64,000 bases of DNA from the NCBI GenBank assembly GCA_041660165.1, contig JBAZWW010000002.1, positions 132,074 through 196,073 of the forward strand, given 5' to 3'. The notes under the pieces are model-generated. The model was not told where the DNA came from. It worked only from the letters and a program-made list of their open reading frames with translations, and made no database searches. Made by a program: the position numbers and the translations under genes. Positions 18,269 through 27,561 of the stretch are shown piece by piece; the stretch's first letter is position 1; each line of letters opens with the position of its first letter. The stretch is from Patescibacteria group bacterium. GTDB lineage: Bacteria > Patescibacteriota > Patescibacteriia > UBA9934.

Positions 18269-20408
18269 AGATCAGTTGAACTTGTACCTCTCCTTATTTC
18301 GTGGTCGAACGGACGTCTACGCCAGACGATGGGAGAAGGAAGGAAAGTCTGGTTACTCGCCGGCGTATGATTTTGATTGGAACGAATTCCTCGCACATAA
18401 GCGCCGTGGCGGAACAATGACAACCTTCGAAAAGAAGACGGCGATTCCGCTCACTCCAGATATCATCCGTAAGCACCTTGTCGGTCAACACGTCGTCGGT
18501 GTCTATCCGCTCCTTGAAAATAACTCTTCGTATTTTATCGCGGCAGATTTTGATGGCGACCGAGCATTTGATGAAGCAAAGAGTCTCATTTCGGTCTGTC
18601 AAGAAATCGGACTCCCTGCATATCTCGAACGCTCGCGTTCCGGGAACGGCGCGCACGTTTGGTTGTTCTTCGAAGAGCAATATCCTGCCGCGCGAAGTCG
18701 GGTGATCATGCTCGAGTGTGTCCGTCGCGCACTTGGCTTGTCTGCCTTCGATAAAGAAGTATCGTTTGATCGTCTATTTCCAAACCAAGATGCTCAGAGC
18801 GGTAAGGGATTCGGGAATTTGATCGCCCTGCCTTTGCAGGGAATATCCGTCGAACGTAGCAATGCCATTTTTATCGATCCTGACAATTTGGTCGCGTTTC
18901 CCGACCAATGGGATTTTCTTGCGAAGGTGAAAAGAATTTCGCCCCACGATCTTGATGCCGCATTCGCTCAGCTCACCGACCAATCAACCAATGAAGTAAC
19001 GACAGACTCAAAGAACCTCGTTTTGATACTTGGCTCAGGCATTCGTCTACAGAACAATTTGCTCGATAAGGCCACGGTCAACTTTATCCGGGAAGAGTTG
19101 AATTTTTCAAATTTGGATTACTGGCTAAAGAAGCGACTCGGCAAAAGTGTTTACCAGACGGAAAAGTTTTTCCGTTTGATTGAGGAAGTTGGCGAACATA
19201 TCCTCCTGCCGCGAGGTTTTTTGACGAAGCTGACCGGTCATCTCCGTACCCGAGGCATACCATTTCTGATTCGTGATGAACGCACTGCCTTGCCCGATGC
19301 CACGTTTACCTCGACGATTGAGCTACGACCGGAACAGACGGACGCCGTCAATCTCGCTATGGCGGTCGAGCAAGGCGTGATCGTTGCCCCTCCAGGCAGC
19401 GGAAAGACCATTATGGGACTCGAACTCATTGCACGTCGTGGACAACCCGCATTGATCCTCACGCACCGTAAGCAGATCATGGATCAGTGGGTCGATCGGA
19501 TTCAGTCTTTTCTTGGAATCGCCAAGGCGCACATTGGACGAATCGATGGGGTCAAGAAATCCGTTGGCGACAAGGTGACCGTCGCCATGATGCAGAGTCT
19601 CGCCCGACGGGAGGATCTGTCGGATCTGCGAGGCAAGTTCGGACTGGTCATCGTCGACGAGTGTCATCACATTCCCGCAAAAACGTTTCGCAAGGTTATA
19701 TCTTCCATCGACGCAAAATATTGCTACGGACTCACCGCAACGCCCGAACGGAAGCATAAAGACGAAAAGCTGATCTATCTGTTTATTGGAGACATCGTCA
19801 CCGAATTGCACGAAGAACACGCGAAAGAATCCGCTCCATCGAAATATCGCCCGGTCGAACCAACAAAGAACGTGATCGTCCGAGCCACGCAACTCGCCGT
19901 TCCGTTCTCTTTCACAGCCGACAACTATCAGATTCTTGCCCGCATTGTTTCTTTCGACCAAGCGCGGAACCGGTTGGTCCTTGAGGACATCAAACGTTCC
20001 GTGGCGGCGGGATGGAAGACGCTCGTTCTCAGCGAACGCAAGGAGCATCTTGAAGTACTTAGCATGTATCTCAAAGGAAGTTGCGAAGCTATCCTGGTGA
20101 CGGGTGACGATTCTGCCGTTTCGCGTAAAAGTAAATTCGCACAAATCGCGTCGGGACATTATCAGGTCATATTGGCGACGGGCCAGCTCGTCGGGGAAGG
20201 AATGGACGTTCCTGATATCCAGGCCGTCGTCTTGGCGTTTCCCCTCGCTTTCGAAGGCAAGCTCGCCCAGTACATTGGTCGTATTCGTGGGGCGCAAAAG
20301 ACAGTCTGCGATTACCATGATGGTAGGACGCCGTTCCTCGATCGTCAATTTAAAAAGCGGAAGAAGTTTTACGAGAAGAGTGGATTTCGGATAACCGAAG
20401 AGAGCTGA
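18252..20408 (+). CDS. Fusion protein: N-terminal archaeo-eukaryotic-primase-like (PrimPol) domain plus C-terminal superfamily-2 DEAD/DEAH helicase
   Basis: AEP motifs AADFDGD (DxD), SGNGAHVWLFF (sGxGxH) and GNLIALPLQG. Helicase motifs PPGSGKT (I), DECHH (II), TATPER (III), a helicase-C region with QYIGRIRGAQ, and an arginine finger. The start is placed at an internal Met (MISATEDQ...); the ORF track starts at 18162. Confidence 0.7.
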   Translation: MISATEDQLNLYLSLFRGRTDVYARRWEKEGKSGYSPAYDFDWNEFLAHKRRGGTMTTFEKKTAIPLTPDIIRKHLVGQHVVGVYPLLENNSSYFIAADFDGDRAFDEAKSLISVCQEIGLPAYLERSRSGNGAHVWLFFEEQYPAARSRVIMLECVRRALGLSAFDKEVSFDRLFPNQDAQSGKGFGNLIALPLQGISVERSNAIFIDPDNLVAFPDQWDFLAKVKRISPHDLDAAFAQLTDQSTNEVTTDSKNLVLILGSGIRLQNNLLDKATVNFIREELNFSNLDYWLKKRLGKSVYQTEKFFRLIEEVGEHILLPRGFLTKLTGHLRTRGIPFLIRDERTALPDATFTSTIELRPEQTDAVNLAMAVEQGVIVAPPGSGKTIMGLELIARRGQPALILTHRKQIMDQWVDRIQSFLGIAKAHIGRIDGVKKSVGDKVTVAMMQSLARREDLSDLRGKFGLVIVDECHHIPAKTFRKVISSIDAKYCYGLTATPERKHKDEKLIYLFIGDIVTELHEEHAKESAPSKYRPVEPTKNVIVRATQLAVPFSFTADNYQILARIVSFDQARNRLVLEDIKRSVAAGWKTLVLSERKEHLEVLSMYLKGSCEAILVTGDDSAVSRKSKFAQIASGHYQVILATGQLVGEGMDVPDIQAVVLAFPLAFEGKLAQYIGRIRGAQKTVCDYHDGRTPFLDRQFKKRKKFYEKSGFRITEES

Positions 20409-20420
20409 TCGGTAGATAGC

Positions 20421-20446
20421 AAAATGACTCCGAAAGGAGTCATTTT
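20421..20446. terminator. Perfect hairpin AAAATGACTCC-GAAA-GGAGTCATTTT (bidirectional terminator) after the helicase gene
   Basis: Read from the sequence. Confidence 0.6.
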
Positions 20447-20517
20447 GGCATGGGGACAATGCCTTATGGGTCGCCCCGTCGCCATCGGCACACGGGTTGC
20501 ACGATAAGAAATTGTCC

Positions 20518-20606
20518 TGGCGGAGGGGGCGAGATTCGAACTCGCGGAGGCTATTAACCTCGACGGTTTTCAAGACCGTTACCTTAAACCGCTCGGTCAC
20601 CCCTCC
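20518..20606 (-). tRNA. tRNA-Ser (anticodon UGA), with long variable arm and encoded CCA
   Basis: Minus-strand fold: acceptor GGAGGGG/CCCCTCC, anticodon loop cuUGAaa, long variable arm, T-loop TTCGAAT, 3'-GCCA. Confidence 0.8.
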
Positions 20607-20674
20607 CGTTTATCAGCTACGGCTGCGTGGGGCATTCTACGCGGTTTTGTTCAGTTTGTCTATGTGCACATGCT

Positions 20675-20703
20675 ATACAAAAATACGACCTTTACGGGTC
20701 GTA
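20675..20703 (-). terminator. Minus-strand intrinsic terminator downstream of tRNA-Ser(GCU)
   Basis: ACGACC-tttac-GGGTCGT stem followed by a U-tract on the minus strand. Confidence 0.45.
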
Positions 20704-20709
20704 TCTTTG

Positions 20710-20799
20710 TGGCGGAGAGGAGAGGATTCGAACCTCCGGTACCCTTTCAGGTACGCAGGTTTAGCAAACCTGTGCCTTAAGCCACTCGGCCACCTCTCC
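20710..20799 (-). tRNA. tRNA-Ser (anticodon GCU), with long variable arm and encoded CCA
   Basis: Minus-strand fold: acceptor GGAGAGG, anticodon loop ttGCTaa, long variable arm, T-loop TTCGAAT. Confidence 0.8.
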
Positions 20800-21057
20800 G
20801 GGTGGGTGGAAAGCTCCTAAAATCGTTTTCTGCTGTGTCGGCTCTCCGGTCCTCGTTCAACGTACCTGCTGGTACGTCTCACTTCGGTCCTCGCGCCTCC
20901 TTGCATAAAGCGATTTTATTAGCTTTCCAAATGCACGCGCCGTTCGCCTTGGCCTCGCTACGCTCGGCCAGCACGAAACGGTTAAATTCGACTCTGATAA
21001 GAACGCGGGTACACTACCTGAATCGGGAGTCTTTTTCAAGCTCGTCCATGTTATACT

Positions 21058-21597
21058 GTGGGAAAGCATATGGCAAAGGAGGCGAAAAAACGAGCGGTTC
21101 CGTTAGAGGAACATGAACATATTGATGTTGGAAACGTCATCAGTATGTGGGAAACGTGGGAATTCCCGCCTACTACCCGAACTACCAGCTGGTATGCCGT
21201 GGCTGGCACCCTGGGGCTCATCATGCTTTTGTATGCGCTTTTTACGGCCAACTTTGTCTTTGCCGTTATCATTCTCATGTTTGCCGTCATTCTTCTTCTT
21301 AGGGACTTGAAAAAGCCGGGCCGGGTAAATGCCTACGTAACTACGTCCGGCATTGTGCTCGGCGACGAATTCTATCCGTATAACGGCCTCAAGGATTTTT
21401 CCATCTCTTATGAACCGCCGGATGTAAAGTACTTGTACGTCACGTTTCAAAGTCGAACCCAGCCCATGCTTTCAATTCACTTGGACGACAAGAATCCTAA
21501 CGAAGTCCGCCAGGCCCTGCTTCCTTACGTTTTTGAGAATCTTGAGCGCGAAGGTGAAAGTTTGACAGATACCCTCCGTCGCGTGTATAAATTGTAA
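21058..21597 (+). CDS. Hypothetical membrane protein with two TM helices
   Basis: 179 aa ORF with two hydrophobic helices; the start could alternatively be 21070. Confidence 0.55.
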   Translation: MGKHMAKEAKKRAVPLEEHEHIDVGNVISMWETWEFPPTTRTTSWYAVAGTLGLIMLLYALFTANFVFAVIILMFAVILLLRDLKKPGRVNAYVTTSGIVLGDEFYPYNGLKDFSISYEPPDVKYLYVTFQSRTQPMLSIHLDDKNPNEVRQALLPYVFENLEREGESLTDTLRRVYKL

Positions 21598-21630
21598 GGT
21601 TTTTAGGACATTTTATAGCTTTCCAAGTAT

Positions 21631-21707
21631 GCGCGCGTAGCTCAGCTGGATAGAGCATCAGCTTGCGGAGCTGAGGGTCGTAGGTTCAAATCCTGCCGCG
21701 CGCACCA
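21631..21707 (+). tRNA. tRNA-Arg (anticodon GCG by my hand fold, tentative), with encoded CCA
   Basis: Cloverleaf: acceptor GCGCGCG, D-arm GCTCAGCTGGATAGAGC, anticodon stem TCAGC/GCTGA with loop TTGCGGA, T-arm GTAGGTTCAAATCCTGC, 3' ACCA. Confidence 0.75.
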
Positions 21708-21713
21708 CAAACC

Positions 21714-21742
21714 GATCCCTTCACTGGGGTCGTTTTGTTTTT
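21714..21742 (+). terminator. Intrinsic terminator after tRNA-Arg
   Basis: CGATCCC-ttcact-GGGGTCG followed by TTTTGTTTTT. Confidence 0.6.
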
Positions 21743-21804
21743 CCTAATAGCAAAAGGAGCCGCGGGGCTCCTTGAGGACGGTTACGGCGAACGGTGCGCT
21801 TTGG

Positions 21805-22143
21805 CTAGCGCGGGGCGGAGGGCTGGAAGAAGGTTTCCGGCACCTCCGTCAGGATGCACCTGGCCTCGTCTTCGCCGGTCTCACGGCCCTGGTAACTGCC
21901 TACCCACATCCCGGCGTGGTGCCGGAAGCGGTACTTGATCTGGTCCGTCCGGTGGGCGTAGCGCTTGGTGAAGCACAGCTCCTCCGCGGTCAGCACCACG
22001 TCGGTGATGATCGCAGTGCCGAAGTTGTCCCGCATCTCGCCATCGCCCGCGTCTCCGTCCGTCTTGATGACGCCGAAGAAGGTGAATGGACTCGGCCCCC
22101 CAATGTTCTGGAAAAAGACTCCATTGATCAGAAACAGCTTCTT
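21805..22143 (-). CDS. Hypothetical protein (~112 aa) in a locally high-GC segment
   Basis: GGAGG lies 5 nt upstream of a GTG start (MKKLFLINGVFFQ...). The local GC of about 60% is well above the flanking regions. The opposite-strand ORF in the track looks like antisense noise. Confidence 0.35.
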   Translation of the reverse strand, partial: KKLFLINGVFFQNIGGPSPFTFFGVIKTDGDAGDGEMRDNFGTAIITDVVLTAEELCFTKRYAHRTDQIKYRFRHHAGMWVGSYQGRETGEDEARCILTEVPETFFQPSAPR

Positions 22144-22264
22144 CACGGATACCTCCGGTCCTGTTGGCTGCTCGGCTGAGCCGGAATACACTACAGTATT
22201 TTCTATTTGTTGTACAGTACCTCTTCATGATCAATCGTAGTACCATAAGGTTGAACCTAGCTAT

Positions 22265-23107
22265 ATGAAAAATAATCCCAACTCGTTAGCTATTTTTGAG
22301 GATTTCAATATTCGTCGAATTTATGACGAGAAAAAGGAGATCTGGTACTTTTCGGTGATCGATATCGTTGCCGCTTTAACTGAGCAAACGAATTATAATC
22401 GAGCTAAAAGTTACTGGACTACGCTGAAAAATCGACTAAAGTTAGAAGGAAGTGAAGTGGTCACAAAATGTGACCAGTTGAAAATGCTGGCTCAAGACGG
22501 AAAAATGCGAGAGACGGACGTGGCTGACGTGGAGTCGTTATTACGCATTATTCAGTCCGTTCCCTCGAAAAAAGCCGAACCAATCAAACTCTGGTTGGCG
22601 AAGGTCGGATATGAGCGAATGCAAGAAATGACTGATCCAGAGAGGGCCCTGGATCGCAGTCGGGGGTATTGGCAAAAACAAGGTAGAAGTGAGAAGTGGA
22701 TTCAGCAACGGATGACGGGACAAGAGACGAGAAATAAATTAACAGATTATTGGAGCGATCATGGCGTAGAACAGGGCGAGGAGTTCGCTATACTCACAAA
22801 CATAATTCACGAGGAGTGGACGGACTTGTCAGTGAAGAATCATAAAAGTTTGAAAGGATTAAGAACGCAAAACCTTCGCGATCACATGAGTGAAGAAGAG
22901 CTGATTTTTACGGCTCTCGCAGAGCTCTCAACTAGAAGAATAGCGGAAACTGACGAAGCTGAGGGATTAGAAGAAAATAAGATTCCGGCCAAGAAAGGCG
23001 GAAAGATTGCCAGGGATGCACGACTGGCTCTTGAAATAAGAACGGGAAAATCAGTAATAACCGGAGAAAACTTTCTACCAAAAAAGAAGTCTCCAAAATT
23101 GTTATGA
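22265..23107 (+). CDS. DinD/BRO-N-like DNA-damage-inducible-protein-D-family protein
   Basis: Architecture and several conserved stretches resemble E. coli DinD, which has a Bro-N-like N-terminal region and a basic C-terminus. Confidence 0.5.
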   Translation: MKNNPNSLAIFEDFNIRRIYDEKKEIWYFSVIDIVAALTEQTNYNRAKSYWTTLKNRLKLEGSEVVTKCDQLKMLAQDGKMRETDVADVESLLRIIQSVPSKKAEPIKLWLAKVGYERMQEMTDPERALDRSRGYWQKQGRSEKWIQQRMTGQETRNKLTDYWSDHGVEQGEEFAILTNIIHEEWTDLSVKNHKSLKGLRTQNLRDHMSEEELIFTALAELSTRRIAETDEAEGLEENKIPAKKGGKIARDARLALEIRTGKSVITGENFLPKKKSPKLL

Positions 23108-23658
23108 ACCGTCCCAGCTTCCTCAAGACTTTTTTAAAGGACCTCTTTGTGGCCTCAGTTACGCCCACCTCTAACCATGCCGTTCGCAAGATTTGTGACC
23201 AGCTATCTTTTGAGAGATCGGGCATGGTGGTAGTTGAGTACGGCGCGGGCAATGGGGCCGTTAGCCAGGAATTACTCCGCCGATTGCCCGCCGATGGGAA
23301 ATTATTTCTGGTCGAGCGCAACGCCGAGTTTGCCGAGCACTTGCGCAAGACCGTGCTCGATCACCGCGTGACAGTGTTCACTGAGTCAGCCGAAAAGATC
23401 GATGAACTCCTGGCTTCACAGGGTGTCTCTAAGATAGACGCCGTTATATCGAGCATTCCGTTCACATTTTTCACGCCGGCGATTGCCCAGTCGATCATTT
23501 TCAAAACTCGACAGCTTCTAAAGCCAGACGGTGTTTTTGTGGTCTTCCAATTTACCCCCAGAGCTAAACATTTTCTTAAGCAACATTTTTCCAAGATCGA
23601 GACGAAGATCATCCTTCTCAACATTCCTCCGCTCTTGGTGTGGAGGGCCGGGGCTTGA
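23104..23658 (+). CDS. Class I SAM-dependent methyltransferase
   Basis: Motif I VVEYGAGNGAVS; about 184 aa. Confidence 0.65.
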   Translation: MNRPSFLKTFLKDLFVASVTPTSNHAVRKICDQLSFERSGMVVVEYGAGNGAVSQELLRRLPADGKLFLVERNAEFAEHLRKTVLDHRVTVFTESAEKIDELLASQGVSKIDAVISSIPFTFFTPAIAQSIIFKTRQLLKPDGVFVVFQFTPRAKHFLKQHFSKIETKIILLNIPPLLVWRAGA

Positions 23659-23672
23659 TCTTTTTTGGATAG

Positions 23673-25769
23673 TTGGTATACTCCGCGGAACTTATGGCGT
23701 TCCACCTCAAGGACTCCATCGCCTCCGTGGCGACTATTGGCTCAGCCAAGGCAAAAGACTTTGCTAGGCTTGGCATCAATACTCTGCATGAAGCGTTGTT
23801 TGATTTCCCGTTCCGCTATGATGATTTGTCCCACGCGGTCATGATTGAGGACGTGAAGCCGGGGCAGAAGGTGACAGTCCAGGGAACTATCATGAGTATT
23901 GATAATCGCCGAAGCCAGAAGTCCTTCCGCATGATGGTGACGGAGGCAACTATCGAGGATGGGACTGGCGGGATCAAGGCCATTTGGTTTCACCAAGGAT
24001 TCTTGACGAAGATTTTGAAGCCCGGCCAAATTGTATCCCTCGCCGGCAAGGTAGATGACCGCTATGGTTTGTCACTCGTCAACCCTGCCTACGAAGTTGT
24101 CGGCAGTGGCAAGGTGGGGAAGGAGACGGGCAGAATTGTTCCTATTTATAAATTGACGGGCGCGCTTACTCAGAAGATTCGTCGGAAGGTGGCCGAGGCC
24201 TCTCTCGCCGCGGTGAACGAGGTGGAAGAATGGATGCCGGAGCGAATCATGAGGGAGGTTGAGTTAATCGGACTCGACCACGCCATTACTGAGCTTCACT
24301 TTCCTTCAGGCAATGAGGCAAAGGACAAGGCGCTCCGCCGTTTAAAGTTTGACGAGTTTTTCTTGCACCAGCTTTTGCACGCTAAGAGCCGTAGAGAACT
24401 CAAAACTCGCAAAGCGCCAAAGGTGCCGTTCCGTGAGGATTTGATGCGAGAATCGGTGGCGAATTTGCCATTTGCACTGACGGGGGCGCAGAAGAAAGCG
24501 GTCTGGGCGATCATTAAGGACATGAACCGTCCAGAGCCGATGAATAGACTGCTCGAAGGCGATGTAGGAAGCGGTAAGACCGTGGTGGCGGCACTTGTGG
24601 CTATGAACGCCTCACACGATGGCTGGCAGTCCGCTATGCTCGCCCCAACGGAAATTTTGGCCGAGCAACACGCGCAGACTTTGCAGAAGCTCTTTGGTGA
24701 TAAGCTGACCATTGGTCTCTATACTAGAACAAAACGCCGGGTAGGCGGTAAGGAAGTGACCAAGGCCCAGCTTCTCTCGGCCCTCAAGAATGGCGCAGTC
24801 AATCTCGTGGTCGGCACGCACGCGCTCTTAACTGGCGAGGTTTTATTTGATCGCCTCGGCTTGATTGTGGTTGATGAACAGCATAGGTTCGGCGTTCGCC
24901 AGCGTCAGGCGCTTAAAGATAAACAGGGGGATCTCGATGGTATTCCGCATTTGCTTTCAATGACCGCTACGCCGATCCCTCGATCATTGGCGCTGGTTCT
25001 ATATGGCGACCTCGACCGCTCAATTTTGAACGAGTATCCAGCCGGCCGAAAACCCATTCTTACCGAAGTGGTCGAGCTTGGTCGTGAGGAACCAATTTAC
25101 GAAATGATGCGCGAGCAGATGGATGCCGGCCGTCAGATTTTTGTGGTCTGTCCGTTGATTGAGGAATCAGACGCCCTCGGCGTAAACTCGGTGCATGAGG
25201 TCTACAAGGAATTCGTGACTGAGGGCTTCAAAGGCTATCGCGTTTCGATGTTGCACGGCCGGATGAAGACCAAGGAGAAAGATGACGTCATGCGTGCGTT
25301 TGCCAATGGCGAATCTGACATGCTGATTTCAACTACGGTGGTTGAGGTTGGTGTGGATGTGCCGAATGCTACCGTCATGTATGTTGAGGGCGCTGAGCGT
25401 TTTGGTCTGGCCCAGCTTCACCAGCTTCGCGGACGGGTTGGCCGTGGCGAGCACCAGAGCTACTGTTATTTGCATCCATCCGGCATCCTTGGCGATGTAG
25501 CCCACGAGCGCATGAAAGCCATTGAGAATAGCCAGGACGGATTTGATCTGGCTGAACGAGACCTCCAGCTCCGTGGCCCTGGCAGTATTTTTGGCACCGA
25601 GCAATCCGGCTTCGAGCAGTTCAAACTCGGCACCATGCATGACATTGACCTGATGAGCCACGCCAAGGATTTTGCTAAGGAGATGCTCGATGAAAGCCCG
25701 GATCTGGAGACGTTCCCGAAACTGAGAGAGCGATTGTATACGTATGTGAATGAGGTGCACTTTGAGTGA
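23673..25769 (+). CDS. recG: ATP-dependent DNA helicase RecG
   Basis: N-terminal wedge domain, DVGSGKT, DEQHRFGV, and a C-terminal TRG-motif region; 698 aa. Confidence 0.9.
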   Translation: MVYSAELMAFHLKDSIASVATIGSAKAKDFARLGINTLHEALFDFPFRYDDLSHAVMIEDVKPGQKVTVQGTIMSIDNRRSQKSFRMMVTEATIEDGTGGIKAIWFHQGFLTKILKPGQIVSLAGKVDDRYGLSLVNPAYEVVGSGKVGKETGRIVPIYKLTGALTQKIRRKVAEASLAAVNEVEEWMPERIMREVELIGLDHAITELHFPSGNEAKDKALRRLKFDEFFLHQLLHAKSRRELKTRKAPKVPFREDLMRESVANLPFALTGAQKKAVWAIIKDMNRPEPMNRLLEGDVGSGKTVVAALVAMNASHDGWQSAMLAPTEILAEQHAQTLQKLFGDKLTIGLYTRTKRRVGGKEVTKAQLLSALKNGAVNLVVGTHALLTGEVLFDRLGLIVVDEQHRFGVRQRQALKDKQGDLDGIPHLLSMTATPIPRSLALVLYGDLDRSILNEYPAGRKPILTEVVELGREEPIYEMMREQMDAGRQIFVVCPLIEESDALGVNSVHEVYKEFVTEGFKGYRVSMLHGRMKTKEKDDVMRAFANGESDMLISTTVVEVGVDVPNATVMYVEGAERFGLAQLHQLRGRVGRGEHQSYCYLHPSGILGDVAHERMKAIENSQDGFDLAERDLQLRGPGSIFGTEQSGFEQFKLGTMHDIDLMSHAKDFAKEMLDESPDLETFPKLRERLYTYVNEVHFE

Positions 25770-25770
25770 G

Positions 25771-25844
25771 GGGAAACAAAAATCCTGTTCAGAAATGTGG
25801 TCGGATTACCTCCCAACATTTCTTCACAGGAATTTTTGTTTCCC
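25771..25844. terminator. Long imperfect hairpin (GGGAAACAAAAATCCTGT ... ACAGGAATTTTTGTTTCCC) between the convergent recG and surface-protein genes
   Basis: Read from the sequence; contains a nested inner stem. Confidence 0.5.
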
Positions 25845-25851
25845 TCACTTG

Positions 25852-27552
25852 CTAGAAACTGAGCGTGTGGCCGGTGATGGGGAGGGCTTGGATGTACGTG
25901 CCGTTGATGTTGGTTGCGCCTGTGTCAGCGTCATCCCAGAGGATGGCGGGGAACACAATGGTATTTGCGGTCAGCTCGCTTGGAATAGAAGCCTGGATGA
26001 TGTCGTCTGTGCTGGCGCCGGACGTATCAAGGAAAAGTGCGAACGTGGTAGCGCTTGAGCTTTGCGGGAGAATGACGTCCGAAATGCCAAGCGCGGCGAA
26101 TCCTACTGGTGCTGTACTTCTGCCACAGGGAGTTCCATCCACCGCTAGGAATGCGGCATCACTGAACATTTCAGTCACACCATTTGAAAGATTTTTTAGC
26201 TGCCACCGTGCTCCAGAGCCAAGTTTGCCAGCTCCACATCTGTTCCAGCCTGTTCCTCCAGCATCTGAGGAGCTCAGTTGGATCATGACGCGGTTTAATT
26301 TCACGAAACCTCCCGGAGCCACGTTCACGTTAAAGCGGAGCACCTCAGCAAAGGCACCGGGTTGGGTTGGTGCTGTGGTGCCGGACGGGGAGGACGTAGA
26401 GAGCGTGAAGGCCGGGCGAGTCTTCCTGAGTACCATGGTGTTCGCATGAAGGTTGGATTCCAGCCACGCACCGGTTATGACGCGTCCGGAGGTGCGTGCC
26501 GTAGCTATAAAGCCCCCGGTTGTACCAAAGTCCAGATCAAATCCGAAGGTCATGTTTGAACGAGCAGGGCTGGTGGCCGTAATGGGAGCAGTATCAACAG
26601 CCACATCCACAACTGAACTGCTTGACGCGCCGGCCGGTACGTACATGTTAAGGCCAGTGAACTTGGCCGAGTGGTTTGAGAGCATGGCGCTCCTCACTAC
26701 CGTTGCGCCAAGCTGATCGAGATATTTGATTTTAACCGCCTGAATGGCCTGGTCATCACCCACATTTTTCAAGGTGAGGGTTTGGATGGTGAACGGCTCG
26801 TTCGTAGCGGTGAAAACGTAGGAGGCGGTGTTAACAAGTGGGGTGCCGGCTAGCGCGATATCTGCGCTCGGTGTGGTGCCGGAAAGTGAAGCGCTCAGCG
26901 TACCTGAATCACGGAGGGTGATGGAAACAGACGGTGGAACGTTTACGCCCGGGTCCGTTGCTCCGCCTATCTGCACTCGGCTTCCGCTCATTTGCCGTCC
27001 CGTGTAATCCTTTGCGGAAACGCTGGCATCATTCTTGAGCGAGAAAGCGTAAATGTCTGGATTGGTTCCGTCCACGGGAACGCTGGCAAAGGAACAGTTC
27101 ACGCTGTAATTGGCGCTCGTGTTGGCTTTGAGGATAATTGGCAGGCCTGTGAATGAGACGTTACCTAGGCGGTCCACAACTCGGCCCTGGCCAAGCGGAT
27201 GGCCTTGGCTGTCATTCAGAGCGCAGAGGCTGATGTGATCTGCCGGAGCAACGTTGTTTTCAATACTCGCAAATGATCCGTCAGTATCCGCGGTTACGGC
27301 AAACGTCAGGCGGTCAACGCGCACTGCCTGGTTTTGTGCCTGGAGGTTTACCAGGAAGACCGGTTCAAGCGTGGCGCCAGCCACGGTGGCGTGCGAGGTG
27401 AGCGCACTGCCAGTTTTGATAACCAGGATTGAGCCCGTGTTATTCGCCGCGATCATGAATCCGGCCGCTGCCGCTAGCCCGGCCGCCGCCATGATGGAAA
27501 GTCCCACTAACGTATTGGTTGTCGTTTGGACAACAGTGGATGATTTTGTCAT
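25852..27552 (-). CDS. Secreted Thr/Ser/Gly/Ala-rich surface protein, paralog 1 of 5
   Basis: Conserved N-terminal signal ...LAGLAAAAGF(M/L/V)IA, a beta-rich low-complexity body, and conserved C-terminal ...G(G/H)TL(V/S)(F/Y). Confidence 0.8.
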   Translation of the reverse strand: MTKSSTVVQTTTNTLVGLSIMAAAGLAAAAGFMIAANNTGSILVIKTGSALTSHATVAGATLEPVFLVNLQAQNQAVRVDRLTFAVTADTDGSFASIENNVAPADHISLCALNDSQGHPLGQGRVVDRLGNVSFTGLPIILKANTSANYSVNCSFASVPVDGTNPDIYAFSLKNDASVSAKDYTGRQMSGSRVQIGGATDPGVNVPPSVSITLRDSGTLSASLSGTTPSADIALAGTPLVNTASYVFTATNEPFTIQTLTLKNVGDDQAIQAVKIKYLDQLGATVVRSAMLSNHSAKFTGLNMYVPAGASSSSVVDVAVDTAPITATSPARSNMTFGFDLDFGTTGGFIATARTSGRVITGAWLESNLHANTMVLRKTRPAFTLSTSSPSGTTAPTQPGAFAEVLRFNVNVAPGGFVKLNRVMIQLSSSDAGGTGWNRCGAGKLGSGARWQLKNLSNGVTEMFSDAAFLAVDGTPCGRSTAPVGFAALGISDVILPQSSSATTFALFLDTSGASTDDIIQASIPSELTANTIVFPAILWDDADTGATNINGTYIQALPITGHTLSF

Positions 27553-27561
27553 ATTTTGCGC

